The notes under the pieces: model-generated
Told to the model about the DNA's origin: nothing
Database searches by the model: none
Seen by the model: the letters and a program-made list of their open reading frames with translations, nothing else
Origin: an uncultured delta proteobacterium
GTDB taxonomy: Bacteria > Desulfobacterota > WTBG01
Length of the DNA stretch: 64,000 nt
Assembly: GCA_963793865.1 (NCBI GenBank)
Contig: CAWCBP010000008.1
Span: forward strand, 416,001 to 480,000
Direction: 5' to 3'
Position numbers and translations under genes: made by a program
Shown here: in pieces, positions 29,494-39,341 of the stretch
How positions within the stretch are numbered: position 1 is the stretch's first letter
How the letters are laid out: each line of letters begins with the position of its first letter

Positions 29494-32364
29494 ATGCAGC
29501 TATCAATACGCCTCACCACATTCGATCTGCGCAAGGCTCTTGAGCGGGGCGTTAAGCTCACGGAGCTTGAAGCGCAGCTGCTGCGGCGCACGAAACTGCC
29601 CGCGGCAGACCGCACCGGAACCGGTCCGCTGTATCTTCTGGATCAGACCTCGCCGCAGCTGGCCGACGTGGTGCGGCAGTGGATGAGGGGTGACGGGCGG
29701 CAGCCGGCGCCAAAGCCGAAAGGCGGCTTTTCGCTGGTGCTGGCCCCGGCGAGCCGCGGGGGCATGCGGGTACCGGCCTATGTTAAGATGCTTTCTCCTT
29801 CCGCCGCTCCGGCCGCGGTTGCCGTGGATGCGTCTCCCGCCCAAATCGGCGCCGCGCTCCGGTATGCCTGCAGCCTGCCCTACTGCCTGCAGACACCGGT
29901 GCGGGTGGCCCATATGCACGAACAGTGCTTGGACCAGGAGTTTGAGTTTCATGCCGGGGATTTTCTCTGCGAACTTGCGGTCTGGTGTTTCCAGAACCGG
30001 ATTCCCCTGGTGCCGCTGGATATGCCGCAGCGGCCGGTTGTATCGGAGTATCAGCTCCTCTACAACCGGATGCTCGCGGAGGCCCACAAGGAATTTGCCC
30101 GCCAGGCGCCGCACAAAAAAGATGCCGCATCGCTTGAGAGCCTGGCCTCATCGCTTGCGCAGCAGCTTTTCGACTCGGGATTCCACCTGGCGGTTGAGCG
30201 CGAGGACCTTATATCGCGCTCCTGTTATATCGCAAGCAGGGTCCTTGATCTGGCCATGCACGGTCCCCTGGCGGGTTCCCGTAAGGCGCCGGTCATCGTC
30301 TTCTATAGAATGCAGCTCAGTCTCGATCTGCCGCCTCTGGCGCGCCTGTTCTTTACCACTCCCGCCGCGGTGGCTGAAATGTATCAGCATGTCATGCCCC
30401 AGCCTGCGGGCACTTTCATGATGCGACTGCTCGGGGCGCATGACGACGTCCTGCCCGACACACGCGCTTCGGCCCACGCGCACAGGATGCATCAGGCGCT
30501 GACAAAGTTGCTGGAGGAGCGCATGGAGGAGGAACTTGCGCCGGGCGATCTTGACCGGCTCTGCGCCCGGGTCGCCGCCGCCGTGCGGCACCATCCGCTC
30601 GTGGAGCGGCCCGCGGGCGTTCGCGGCACCCTGGCCATGAGCGAAATAGCCCAGGGCCTCGGGCTCATCCGCGGCGCGATGACGCGTGAAATGCTGACAA
30701 AAGCCGCCGCCGTCGCCCTCAGCCACCGCATACGCCTTGTGCAGGGCATCGATGGCGACGTGGAGAGCCATCTGAAAGGCATCATCAGCCGTGTCATCTA
30801 CGGCATAGGGCTCTTTCCCGAAGACGAGGAGGTGGTGGCTGAAAAGCGGCGGCCGATGACCTCCGAGGAGCTGGCCCGGGCCCTGCAGGGGCTGACCGAT
30901 GCCGCCTTCCGCCGGATGGGGCCTGAAGAGGCCCTGCCGGTAAACGACCCGGCATTCGGCCGCGAGGCCATGCAGCATCCGCTGGTGCAGCAGGCGCTCA
31001 GGGAAGCCATGGAAAAAGATCTTTTGAACGATTCATTCGCCGGCTACAAGGATGTGCTGCAGGAGCTTGAGGACCGGGGAATGCTGGAAATGACCGATTC
31101 CGCCGGAATGACACTGAGCGAGCAGGGCCGTGAAACGCTTGAAGACAGCCTGCGGGAATCCTACCGGCGGGGCGATCTCACCGCTGAGGAACTGGCAGAG
31201 GCGATCAAACATGCCCGGGCCATGCCCGCGCCCCCGTCACAGGGGGGCATGCGCACGCGCCTGTCGGCTCAGGCGGAAAACGAGCTCATAGCCGAGATGA
31301 TGGACTTTCAACATCAGGGCCGCTCGGAGAGCACATCGCTCGAAGATCTGTACGTGCACTACGCGGTCGGGGAGAAGAAGGGCCTTAAAATCGACAGCAA
31401 GAAGGTCGACTATGACCGCCTGAAAATAATGGTGCATGAGCTTGAGAAAAGCGGCGTTCTGAAATTAACCGGTGAGCAAAAGCGCTTTGCCCTGTCGCAC
31501 CTGTCGCTGGAAAAGCTGCTCAAAGGGCTCATTCAGCGGCAGAAGGGGCAGATGCTGGAAAAGCGCGCGTTCAAGAGAGAACATGAGGTCGACAAGACCG
31601 ATGTGCGGCGCTATCAGCGGGGCGATGTATTTAAAAGCATTTCCATCCGCCACACCCTGCGCCGGGTCCTGCGCAAAGGCAAAACCGTTGACGACATCAA
31701 CTCCACCGACCTGCGGGCCTTCGAAAAAAAGCCGGTAAACCAGCTGGACATTGCCGTCTGCGTCGATATATCGGCCTCCATGAAGGAGGGGGGCAAGCTG
31801 CGCTACGCAAAGATGGCGGTGGCGGAGCTGGCGAAGGCGGCTATGGACAAGGGCGACCGCATGGGCATCATCGCCTTCTCAAACCTGGGTGAGGTGGCGG
31901 CGCCCCTGACCGACAAGCTGCAGCCGCTCATGGAGGCGACCATGACGCTGCGCTCGGAACAGTATACCAATATCGGCAACGGACTCCGCGTTGCGCGCCG
32001 CATGCTGCAGAAGGACCGCAACAGCAATGCCAAGCTGGTGATCCTCATCACTGACGGAGAACCCAACGCGGCGCTATCCGAGGAAAGCCGCGGCGCGGGC
32101 TACCATATGCGGGTTGCGGAGTTTTCCCGCGAGACCTCCATGGAGGCCAAGCGCGCCATGGGAGCGCAGCATGCCCTGGTCGAGGCGGGCCGCACGCGGC
32201 GCAAGCACATTAAAATATCGGTTGTCTATATCTGCCCCGAGGGGACGATCGATGCGGAGAGCGAGCGCGTGTCGCGGGAAATAGCGCGGCTGGGCGGCGG
32301 ACGGTTTCACAAGGTCCGGGCCATTGAGCGCCTGCCCCTGGAAGCCCTTGAGCTGGTAGGATGA
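29494..32364 (+). CDS. Large multidomain vWA protein (ChlD-like C-terminal half)
   Basis: MIDAS DISAS...YTN...TDGEPN; internal AAA-lid-like segment. Confidence 0.82.
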   Translation: MQLSIRLTTFDLRKALERGVKLTELEAQLLRRTKLPAADRTGTGPLYLLDQTSPQLADVVRQWMRGDGRQPAPKPKGGFSLVLAPASRGGMRVPAYVKMLSPSAAPAAVAVDASPAQIGAALRYACSLPYCLQTPVRVAHMHEQCLDQEFEFHAGDFLCELAVWCFQNRIPLVPLDMPQRPVVSEYQLLYNRMLAEAHKEFARQAPHKKDAASLESLASSLAQQLFDSGFHLAVEREDLISRSCYIASRVLDLAMHGPLAGSRKAPVIVFYRMQLSLDLPPLARLFFTTPAAVAEMYQHVMPQPAGTFMMRLLGAHDDVLPDTRASAHAHRMHQALTKLLEERMEEELAPGDLDRLCARVAAAVRHHPLVERPAGVRGTLAMSEIAQGLGLIRGAMTREMLTKAAAVALSHRIRLVQGIDGDVESHLKGIISRVIYGIGLFPEDEEVVAEKRRPMTSEELARALQGLTDAAFRRMGPEEALPVNDPAFGREAMQHPLVQQALREAMEKDLLNDSFAGYKDVLQELEDRGMLEMTDSAGMTLSEQGRETLEDSLRESYRRGDLTAEELAEAIKHARAMPAPPSQGGMRTRLSAQAENELIAEMMDFQHQGRSESTSLEDLYVHYAVGEKKGLKIDSKKVDYDRLKIMVHELEKSGVLKLTGEQKRFALSHLSLEKLLKGLIQRQKGQMLEKRAFKREHEVDKTDVRRYQRGDVFKSISIRHTLRRVLRKGKTVDDINSTDLRAFEKKPVNQLDIAVCVDISASMKEGGKLRYAKMAVAELAKAAMDKGDRMGIIAFSNLGEVAAPLTDKLQPLMEATMTLRSEQYTNIGNGLRVARRMLQKDRNSNAKLVILITDGEPNAALSEESRGAGYHMRVAEFSRETSMEAKRAMGAQHALVEAGRTRRKHIKISVVYICPEGTIDAESERVSREIARLGGGRFHKVRAIERLPLEALELVG

Positions 32365-32489
32365 CGGCTTCAGGCTTATTAACGCCGGTCAGGCAGGTTG
32401 ACTTTTTTTCGAAACCGGCATAGGATGAGGCGCTCTGCCGCGGAAATCGGAGCTCAAACCCGGGCATAATCCCAACCGCACATTTTGCC

Positions 32490-33236
32490 ATGACCTTATC
32501 TGCACACGAGCAGGAGCGCTACAGCCGCCAGATGCTCATGCCCGGCTGGGGCGCGGAGACTCAGGGGCGGCTGAAAAATGCCTCTGTTTTCATTGCCGGT
32601 GCCGGCGGGCTCGGCAGCCCGGTTTCGATATATCTGGCGGTTGCCGGCATCGGCAGGCTGCGCATCTGCGACTGCGGCGAGCTGGAGCTGTCGAACCTGA
32701 ACCGGCAGATACTGCATGACGACAGCCGCATTGGATGGAACAAGGCCCGTTCGGCAAAAGACACCCTTGAGCGGATGAATCCCCATATAACGGTTGATGC
32801 CCTGCAGGAGAGAATCACCGCTGAAACGGTTGCCGGACTGATCGGGAGAGCTGATCTGATCGTCGATTGCCTTGATAATTTCCCGACCAGGCATATCGTC
32901 AATGAGTACGCGGTTAGGAACGGCATTCCGGTTATTCATGGCGGGGTCTGCGGCATGCAGGGCCAGATAACCTTCATAAAGGCGCCGGAGACACCCTGCC
33001 TGTGGTGCATGAGCGCGGGGCCGCCCGCCGCTGCCGTGTTCCCGATTGTCGGGGCCACGGCAGGCGTGATAGGCTGTCTGGAAGCGCTGGAAGCGATAAA
33101 ATACCTCAGCGGTGTCGGCACCAATCTCAGGGACCGGATGCTGATCTGGGACGGTGAAAAAACAGAATTCATGGAGCTTCCCCAGAAAAAAATTACGGAC
33201 TGCCCGGTGTGCGGTCATCTCAACCGCAGGGGTTGA
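32490..33236 (+). CDS. ThiF/MoeB/HesA family E1-like adenylyltransferase
   Basis: RYSRQ, GAGGLG, SNLNRQ, DCLDN, Zn sites CLWC and CPVC. Confidence 0.93.
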   Translation: MTLSAHEQERYSRQMLMPGWGAETQGRLKNASVFIAGAGGLGSPVSIYLAVAGIGRLRICDCGELELSNLNRQILHDDSRIGWNKARSAKDTLERMNPHITVDALQERITAETVAGLIGRADLIVDCLDNFPTRHIVNEYAVRNGIPVIHGGVCGMQGQITFIKAPETPCLWCMSAGPPAAAVFPIVGATAGVIGCLEALEAIKYLSGVGTNLRDRMLIWDGEKTEFMELPQKKITDCPVCGHLNRRG

Positions 33237-33290
33237 TGGTACAGTCAGGGGAGGCAGATGACCTAAAAAAACAAGCCGGAGGTGAGGGTA

Positions 33291-33617
33291 ATGGCAAAAG
33301 TGTCCTGCAGGTATTTTGTCAATGTGCGCAGCGCAACCAATAAAGACGGTGAGGTGGTGGAGGTCCCGGACGGTCTGACCGTAGAGCAGTTTCTTGATTT
33401 TCTGTCCGGCAAATACGGTGCTGAGTTCGAAAAGTATCTTTACTCAACCGGCATCATGTCGGGTAAGCCTTTTAAGACGCCCAACATCCACCTCAACAAG
33501 CGGCGCATACAGTGGCAGCAGGACTTTCCCGAAGGCGTGAAGACGATAGTGAAGGACGGCGATGAAATGTGGTTCGGCCTGATCGTCGGCGGCGGCGCGC
33601 TGCAACACCAGGCATGA
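33291..33617 (+). CDS. MoaD/ThiS (SAMP/Urm1-like) ubiquitin-like protein with C-terminal extension
   Basis: Beta-grasp pattern TVEQFLDFLSGKYG...NIHLN...T.VKDGDE...IVGG, then GALQHQA. Confidence 0.85.
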   Translation: MAKVSCRYFVNVRSATNKDGEVVEVPDGLTVEQFLDFLSGKYGAEFEKYLYSTGIMSGKPFKTPNIHLNKRRIQWQQDFPEGVKTIVKDGDEMWFGLIVGGGALQHQA

Positions 33618-33757
33618 AATACTATTGGATTCCCGCTTCCGCGGGAATCCAGGGCGGATTTAAACGCAGGGGCGACCGGCCGGTCGCCCTTACGTTTTGT
33701 CGCGCACAAATACTAGTGAAGCACCGGGAAAATCAGCTCAACGCTCCGTCTGCTGTT

Positions 33758-34798
33758 TTACCAGCCGTGCTGCAGGGGCGTTTTTTTGTGGGTTTTTCTC
33801 CTGTCAACCGCTCTCCACTTCACGACGGCTGTTCCCCAGGTTAATCCGGCGCCAAATCCGCACATGGCCATGATGGAGGGTATTTTTATGGTGCCCTTTT
33901 CCAGCTCTTCGACCAGTGCCACGGGGATTGATGCGGTGGAGGTGTTGCCGTACCTGTCAAGATTGGTGACGACCTGCCCCTCTGACAGCCCTAATTTCTC
34001 CGCAATTGAATTTATTATCTTGATGTTTGCCTGGTGGGGAATGAGGTAGTCGATATGGCGGACTTCCAGCCCCGCCAGCGCGAGCGCGCTTTTTATTGAA
34101 TCGGGCATGCTGCTGACCGCAAATTTGTAAATCTCCTTTCCGTTCATATTGACCACTTGTTCCCTTCGCCCGTTATGGGTGACGAAGGGACAGGCATGAC
34201 CCTGCAGGGGAATGTACAGCTCATGTGCCTTGTTGCCGTTGGAGCGGATGTCCACGGAGAGTATTTCATTAACGCCGTCAGGCGATCTTTGCAGAATCAG
34301 GGCGCCTGCCGCGTCGCCGAAAAGAATGCAGGTGGATTTATCGCTCCAGTTCAAAAAACGGGAATGAACATCAACCCCGATGAGCAAAACTGTGCGGTAG
34401 GTGCCGGTCATGATGAAATTGCGCGCGATACTTATGCCGTAGACCAGGCCGCTGCAGGCAGCGACCACGTTAAAAGCGGCGGCGTTGGGGGCGCCGATTG
34501 CCGCCTGGACCTCGCTTGCGGTGGATGGATACAAGGAGTCCGGAAGGGAGGTGGCAACAATAATGAGGTCAATATCGGCAGGTGAAACGTGCGCAAAGTG
34601 CATGGCATCCCTGGCCGCCGCGGAAGCCATGGAAGTCGCGGTTTCGTCACTTCCCACCACTCTTCGTTCCTTGATCCCTGTCCTGGTGGCAATCCATTCA
34701 TCGCTGGTGTCGACCAGTCGGGCAATATCTTCATTGGTTATCACCTTTTTCGGAATGTACCGCCCGATACCGGTGATGCTTACCGGATGCAAATGCAT
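33758..34798 (-). CDS. fabH: 3-oxoacyl-ACP synthase III
   Basis: DTSDEWIATRTGIKERR, AACSG, PHQAN, YGNTSTAS, GFGAGLTWG. Confidence 0.95.
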   Translation of the reverse strand: MHLHPVSITGIGRYIPKKVITNEDIARLVDTSDEWIATRTGIKERRVVGSDETATSMASAAARDAMHFAHVSPADIDLIIVATSLPDSLYPSTASEVQAAIGAPNAAAFNVVAACSGLVYGISIARNFIMTGTYRTVLLIGVDVHSRFLNWSDKSTCILFGDAAGALILQRSPDGVNEILSVDIRSNGNKAHELYIPLQGHACPFVTHNGRREQVVNMNGKEIYKFAVSSMPDSIKSALALAGLEVRHIDYLIPHQANIKIINSIAEKLGLSEGQVVTNLDRYGNTSTASIPVALVEELEKGTIKIPSIMAMCGFGAGLTWGTAVVKWRAVDRRKTHKKTPLQHGW

Positions 34799-35127
34799 AG
34801 TATCCTTCGCAGCGCTCTTTATGGATGGGCCGGACGCCGCGCTGATCGCAGAACGCCGGCAGGTTTTGTTTTTTGACCCTCTCACGGTGCAATTCAGGGT
34901 ACATTGTGCTATTAATCAGCACATCCGTCAATAGAAAACTTGTCCGGGTTTGCCCGCGGCGTGAGGATGCTGCGCCGGTGAAACCGTGTCAGCGGCCGCT
35001 CTCCTCCATACCGTGTGCGGATCGTGAGCACATCTTAAATAGTGATTGGTTTCGGCAGGATACAATGGTATACTGCAGGCGAGGATGACAACTTACCAGT
35101 GTATTTTTTGAAAATCAAGGAATCACC

Positions 35128-36173
35128 ATGGATACGATTGACCTGGTCAATACCGTAAAGTCCGCAGGCTGAGCGGCAAAAATACCTCCAGGGGACCTGG
35201 AGGAGGTTATGGCGGAGTTAAACCTGGCGCAGGATGACCGGCTGCTTAACAGCATGAGAGACAATGAAGATGCAGCCATTGTCCGTTTCCCCCCCGGCAA
35301 GGCGCTGGTGCAGACGGTTGATATACTCACGCCCATCGTGAACAATCCTTATTGGTTTGGCCAGATTGCTGCGGCCAATTCTCTGTCTGATGTGTATGCC
35401 ATGGGCGGTGAGCCGTACACGGCCATGAATATTGTCTGCTTCCCCCTCGAGAAGCTGGGACGCGAGATGCTGAAGGAAATTCTTGCCGGCGGCATGGACA
35501 AGATCAGGGAATCCGGCGCGGTGATGGCAGGGGGGCACAGCATAAAGGACGAGGAGTTAAAATACGGCCTGTCGGTCACCGGCATCATTGACCCGGGGTC
35601 ATTTGCCTCAAACAAAGGCCTTAAGCCCGGAGACCAGCTTCTGCTCACCAAGCCCATCGGAACCGGGGTGCTGTCGACCGCCCTCAAGGCGGGCGTGGAA
35701 GAAAGCGCACAGGTTGAGAAGCTGATTTATACCTGGGCGAGCAGGCTTAATAAAGCCGGTGGAAAGGTTATCGAGAAACTCAGGCTTAAAGGGGCTACCG
35801 ACGTAACCGGTTTCGGTTTGGGCGGACATCTCCTGGAGCTTGCCCGGGCTTCGGGTGTGGCCATTGATCTGTGGCTCAATCATATTCCCTTCATAGACGA
35901 GGCCGTGCGCTTCGCCGGCATGGGCATGTTCCCCGGGGGGAGCGCCGCGAATAAAAAATTCTGCCGGTCTCTGGTTGCCTTCCTGGAAAAGCCGACCCGG
36001 TATTGATCGACCTGGTGTTTGATGCCCAGACCTCGGGCGGACTGGTGCTGTCCGTACCGGAGCAACAGTTGCAGCAGGCACGGGAAATGCTGCTTGAGGC
36101 AGGAGACCTTGCTGCCCATATCGGACAGGTATCGGCAGCTGACCCGGGCAGGGCACTGCTGAACATCATTTAG
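35128..36173 (+). CDS. selD: Selenide, water dikinase; selenoprotein (UGA at 35170-35172) with apparent frameshift near 35978
   Basis: MDTIDLVNTVKSAG-U-AAK in frame with EDAA/QTVD/AAANSLSDVYAMGG/TDVTGFGL; conserved FDAQTSGGL continues in another frame to TAG 36173. Confidence 0.92.
35173..35205 (+). promoter_or_regulatory. Bacterial SECIS element of selD
   Basis: CCTCCAG-GGGAC-CTGGAGG hairpin starting 12 nt after the UGA, G-rich loop. Confidence 0.75.
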
Positions 36174-36321
36174 TGTCCTGTCCCAGAAATACCTTATAAT
36201 AAAAAGTCGTTGCGAGGAGTCCCGCGGGGGCGGACGACGAAGCAATCTCTTCCAATAAAAGCAACAATGTGCTCAATGTCAATTCTTTCGTGGTGGATAC
36301 GCCAAAAGCAAGGACCGCAGC

Positions 36322-36934
36322 ATGGATACAGCCGTTATAAGAGCCGTCAATAAACTCTGGTTTCCGGTGTACCCGGGCATTGCCAGGCAAATCGCGGAAT
36401 ACTGCACCAGGCAGCCCGGCCGGATCCTGGAGGCCGGATGCTTTTCCGGGGGCATCGGCCTCATGCTTTTAAAACAATTTCCCGGAAGTACCCTGACCAT
36501 AGCGCCGGAGATCGAGGAGCTGGCTGCAACTTTTTCATCGGATTGGGCGGACTGCTTGAGCGACAGGCCGCAGATCGCGTGCGGATTATGCCGGGTCCGC
36601 TGGCATCGCTGGGCAGAGAGGAAAATTCATTTGACCTGGTCATTTGCCGCGGGTTGTTCTTTTTCCTGGATGCCGGAGGCGCACTGCTGGCGAAAGCTGT
36701 TCCGTTTTGCTTGCTCCCGGCGGTTTGGTTTTTGCCGGCGGAGGATACGGCTCCTTCACATCTCCTGAAATAATCGATCGGATCGCGGATGAATCACGCA
36801 GACTCAACTACGCGCTGGGAAGGAAATTTTTCTCACGGGCAGAATTTGAGCAGGCCATTGCCGGCGCGGGACTGGCTGCACGGTCTCGCATCATAGAGGA
36901 AGGCGGCCTGTGGGCGATCATGAAAAAGGCATAG
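36322..36934 (+). CDS. Class I SAM-dependent methyltransferase split over three frames (indels at ~36555 and ~36700)
   Basis: ILEAGCFSGGIG, then ENSFDLVICRGLFFF, then LAPGGLVFAGGGYG are consecutive motifs of one family. Confidence 0.75.
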
Positions 36935-37287
36935 GCGGCAGACAGGGTGATTCCATATGAGGACGGGAGGATAATCATAGCCGGAAAACCGCACGAGGTT
37001 TTAAATCACGAGGCCATGCCTGCATGTGAAGTCCCGCTGTTTTTTTCCTGCATGTTCAACAGGGGATTCTTTTAAAAATGGGGAGTGGCGGCTTTTTTAT
37101 TTAGATAGGAGTTAAAGCCTGTCTCTCTTTCTATAGGACAGGCTTTTCAGTTTGTGAAGCGGGATATTATTAGCCAAATTTGCCGAATAATGGGCACCAT
37201 GCCGGTTATTAGACATCATTTGCCGGTACACCAACCATCTGTACAATAATATCATAGCATATTCAGGCTGTTAAGAAGTATTTTATT

Positions 37288-37302
37288 TGGTATGGTATTT
37301 GC
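37288..37302 (+). promoter_or_regulatory. Candidate sigma54 (-24/-12) promoter upstream of yqeB
   Basis: TGGTAT-GGTAT-TTGC with GG and GC 12 nt apart, in an AT-rich region. Confidence 0.4.
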
Positions 37303-37449
37303 GAAATAGTTCTTTATCTGTAACCCGTTTTTCCCCCGGGACCTGTTATTGGGTATGCAATATACTTCTTTGGAGTGTAAAATGGCCTCGGCAATGTCAG
37401 GCGGTACGGATGTTATGTGTTGCAGGTTGATGAACAAGGGTGCCGTGTG

Positions 37450-38265
37450 ATGGTGCGCCAAACGGTTGTCATCAGGGGTGGAGGAGATCTGGGCAGTGGT
37501 GTCGCGCGCACGCTGCATCGCAGCGGCTTCCGGGTGCTCATCCTTGAAGTTGCAAACCCTCTGGTGGTGCGCAGGACGGTGTCATTCGCCCAGGCGATCA
37601 TTGACGGTGAAGCCGCTGTCGAAGGGATACGGGCAGTCCGGGTGGATGCACAGGACGACATGTACAGGCAGTGGCGGCAGGGTAACATCCCGGTTATGGT
37701 TGATCCCGGAGGGGATATGCTGAAGGAGATCAAGCCCGATGCGGTGGTGGATGCCACGCTGGCCAAGCGGAATACCGGTATGCACCGGGGCATGGCGCCC
37801 ATTACCATAGCCCTTGGTCCCGGGTTTAAGGCGGGAGAGGATGTAGACGTGGTTGTTGAAACCAACCGTGGTCATAACCTCGGCCGCCTGATATTTGAAG
37901 GTTACGCAGAACCCGACACCGGTGTGCCCGCCCCGGTTGAGGGATACGGCACGGAACGGGTACTCAGGGCGCCCTGCGACGGCACGGTGACGCATGTGCT
38001 GGACATCGGAGATCCGGTAAAGGCAGGCGATGTCATCTGCACGGTCGCCGGCCGGCCGGTAAAGGCCCCCTTTGACGGCATGATTCGCGGTCTTATCATG
38101 AACGGGCGGGAGGTGGTCACCGGGCTTAAGATAGGTGATGTAGATCCCCGGCCGATACAGGAATTCTGCCATACCATTTCAGACAAGGCACGCGCCCTGG
38201 GCGGCGCGGTTCTGGAAGCAATTCTATATTTGAACTGTCGGAAGGGAATAACGCAAGACGCTTAA
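37450..38265 (+). CDS. yqeB: Selenium-dependent molybdenum cofactor system protein, YqeB family
   Basis: VIRGGGDLGSGVA, VRRTVSF, DATLAKRN, ETNRGHNLGR, ERVLRAP, KIGDVDPR, ISDKARALGG. Confidence 0.93.
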   Translation: MVRQTVVIRGGGDLGSGVARTLHRSGFRVLILEVANPLVVRRTVSFAQAIIDGEAAVEGIRAVRVDAQDDMYRQWRQGNIPVMVDPGGDMLKEIKPDAVVDATLAKRNTGMHRGMAPITIALGPGFKAGEDVDVVVETNRGHNLGRLIFEGYAEPDTGVPAPVEGYGTERVLRAPCDGTVTHVLDIGDPVKAGDVICTVAGRPVKAPFDGMIRGLIMNGREVVTGLKIGDVDPRPIQEFCHTISDKARALGGAVLEAILYLNCRKGITQDA

Positions 38266-38292
38266 CTATAATGCAAGAAAAAAGAGGCTCCA

Positions 38293-39189
38293 ATGAAGGA
38301 AATCAATTCCGCAGCATCCGTTACCGAGGCGTTAAAAAAAGAGAATTACATCTGCGACAGCCGGCTTGCCTTTGTCATCTATCTTTCCCTCTGCATGGAG
38401 AAACCGCTGCTGCTTGAAGGAGAGCCCGGGGTCGGCAAAACCGAAGTTGCCAAGGTGCTGGCCAACGTTCTGGGCAGCAGGCTTATCAGGCTGCAGTGCT
38501 ATGAGGGGCTTGACGCCGCCACCACCATCTATGAATGGAACTATGCCAAGCAGCTCTTGAAGATTAAAACCGTCGATGTGTGCGGCCAGGGATACCATCT
38601 TGAGGACATTTTCACCGACGAGTTCCTCATTCCCCGCCCCCTGCTGACGGCGGTACGGAGCAAGGAAAAGGTGGTGTTGCTGATCGATGAGGTGGACCGG
38701 GCGGATGAGGAATTTGAGGCGTTCCTGCTGGAAATACTCTCTGACTTTCAGATTTCCATTCCCGAGATGGGTACCGTGAAAGCCACGCACAAGCCGCAGG
38801 TCATCATCACTTCCAACCGTGTGCGCGAGCTCCATGATGCCCTCAAGCGCCGCTGCCTCTACCACTTTATCGATTACCCCACCCCGGAGCGGGAGATGGA
38901 GATCATCATGGCCAAGGTGCCTGCCGTCGGCGAATACATGGCAAAAAAAATCGCCGGCGTGATGGCCCAATTGCGCGACCAGGAGTTTTACAAGCGTCCC
39001 GGTGTGGCCGAGACCCTTGACTGGTCGCAGGCCCTGACCATACTCGAAAAGGAGGATATTGATGAAGAGGTCATGGATCTGACCTGCGGCTGCCTGTTCA
39101 AGTTCAAGGAAGACGTAAAACATTACAGCGACATCACAACCGACGTCCTGATGAAAGCAGAGGCGGTGGCCGGGGGTGGGGGTTTTTAA
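38293..39189 (+). CDS. MoxR AAA ATPase, CoxD-like
   Basis: GEPGVGKTE, RLQCYEGLD, YEWNY, LIDEVDRADEEFEAFLLE, ELHDALKRRC, PGVAETLDW. Confidence 0.9.
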   Translation: MKEINSAASVTEALKKENYICDSRLAFVIYLSLCMEKPLLLEGEPGVGKTEVAKVLANVLGSRLIRLQCYEGLDAATTIYEWNYAKQLLKIKTVDVCGQGYHLEDIFTDEFLIPRPLLTAVRSKEKVVLLIDEVDRADEEFEAFLLEILSDFQISIPEMGTVKATHKPQVIITSNRVRELHDALKRRCLYHFIDYPTPEREMEIIMAKVPAVGEYMAKKIAGVMAQLRDQEFYKRPGVAETLDWSQALTILEKEDIDEEVMDLTCGCLFKFKEDVKHYSDITTDVLMKAEAVAGGGGF

Positions 39190-39341
39190 AACCACAACAA
39201 AACATGTCCGCAGAACTGGCAGGCTGTTGAAAAAATAGTGGCGCGGGCTGATAATCTTGCTGAAAGCATGTGGCTCAAGGGGGATGGCTTTTTAGCCACA
39301 ACAAAATTATTCGGAACTTGTAGAACGGCAGGAAGGATTGC

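Noticed and set aside
28468..32364. Chlorophyll or cobalamin chelatase pathway (with the B12 radical SAM and bilin-reductase-like genes)
   Set aside because: No ChlH/CobN or tetrapyrrole synthesis genes are present, and the genes are far apart and unlinked.
33615..33652. Ubl stop TGA followed by a hairpin, as a possible Sec/SECIS
   Set aside because: The hairpin GGATTCCCGCTTCCGCGGGAATCC resembles the intergenic repeat family, and readthrough runs into a REP.
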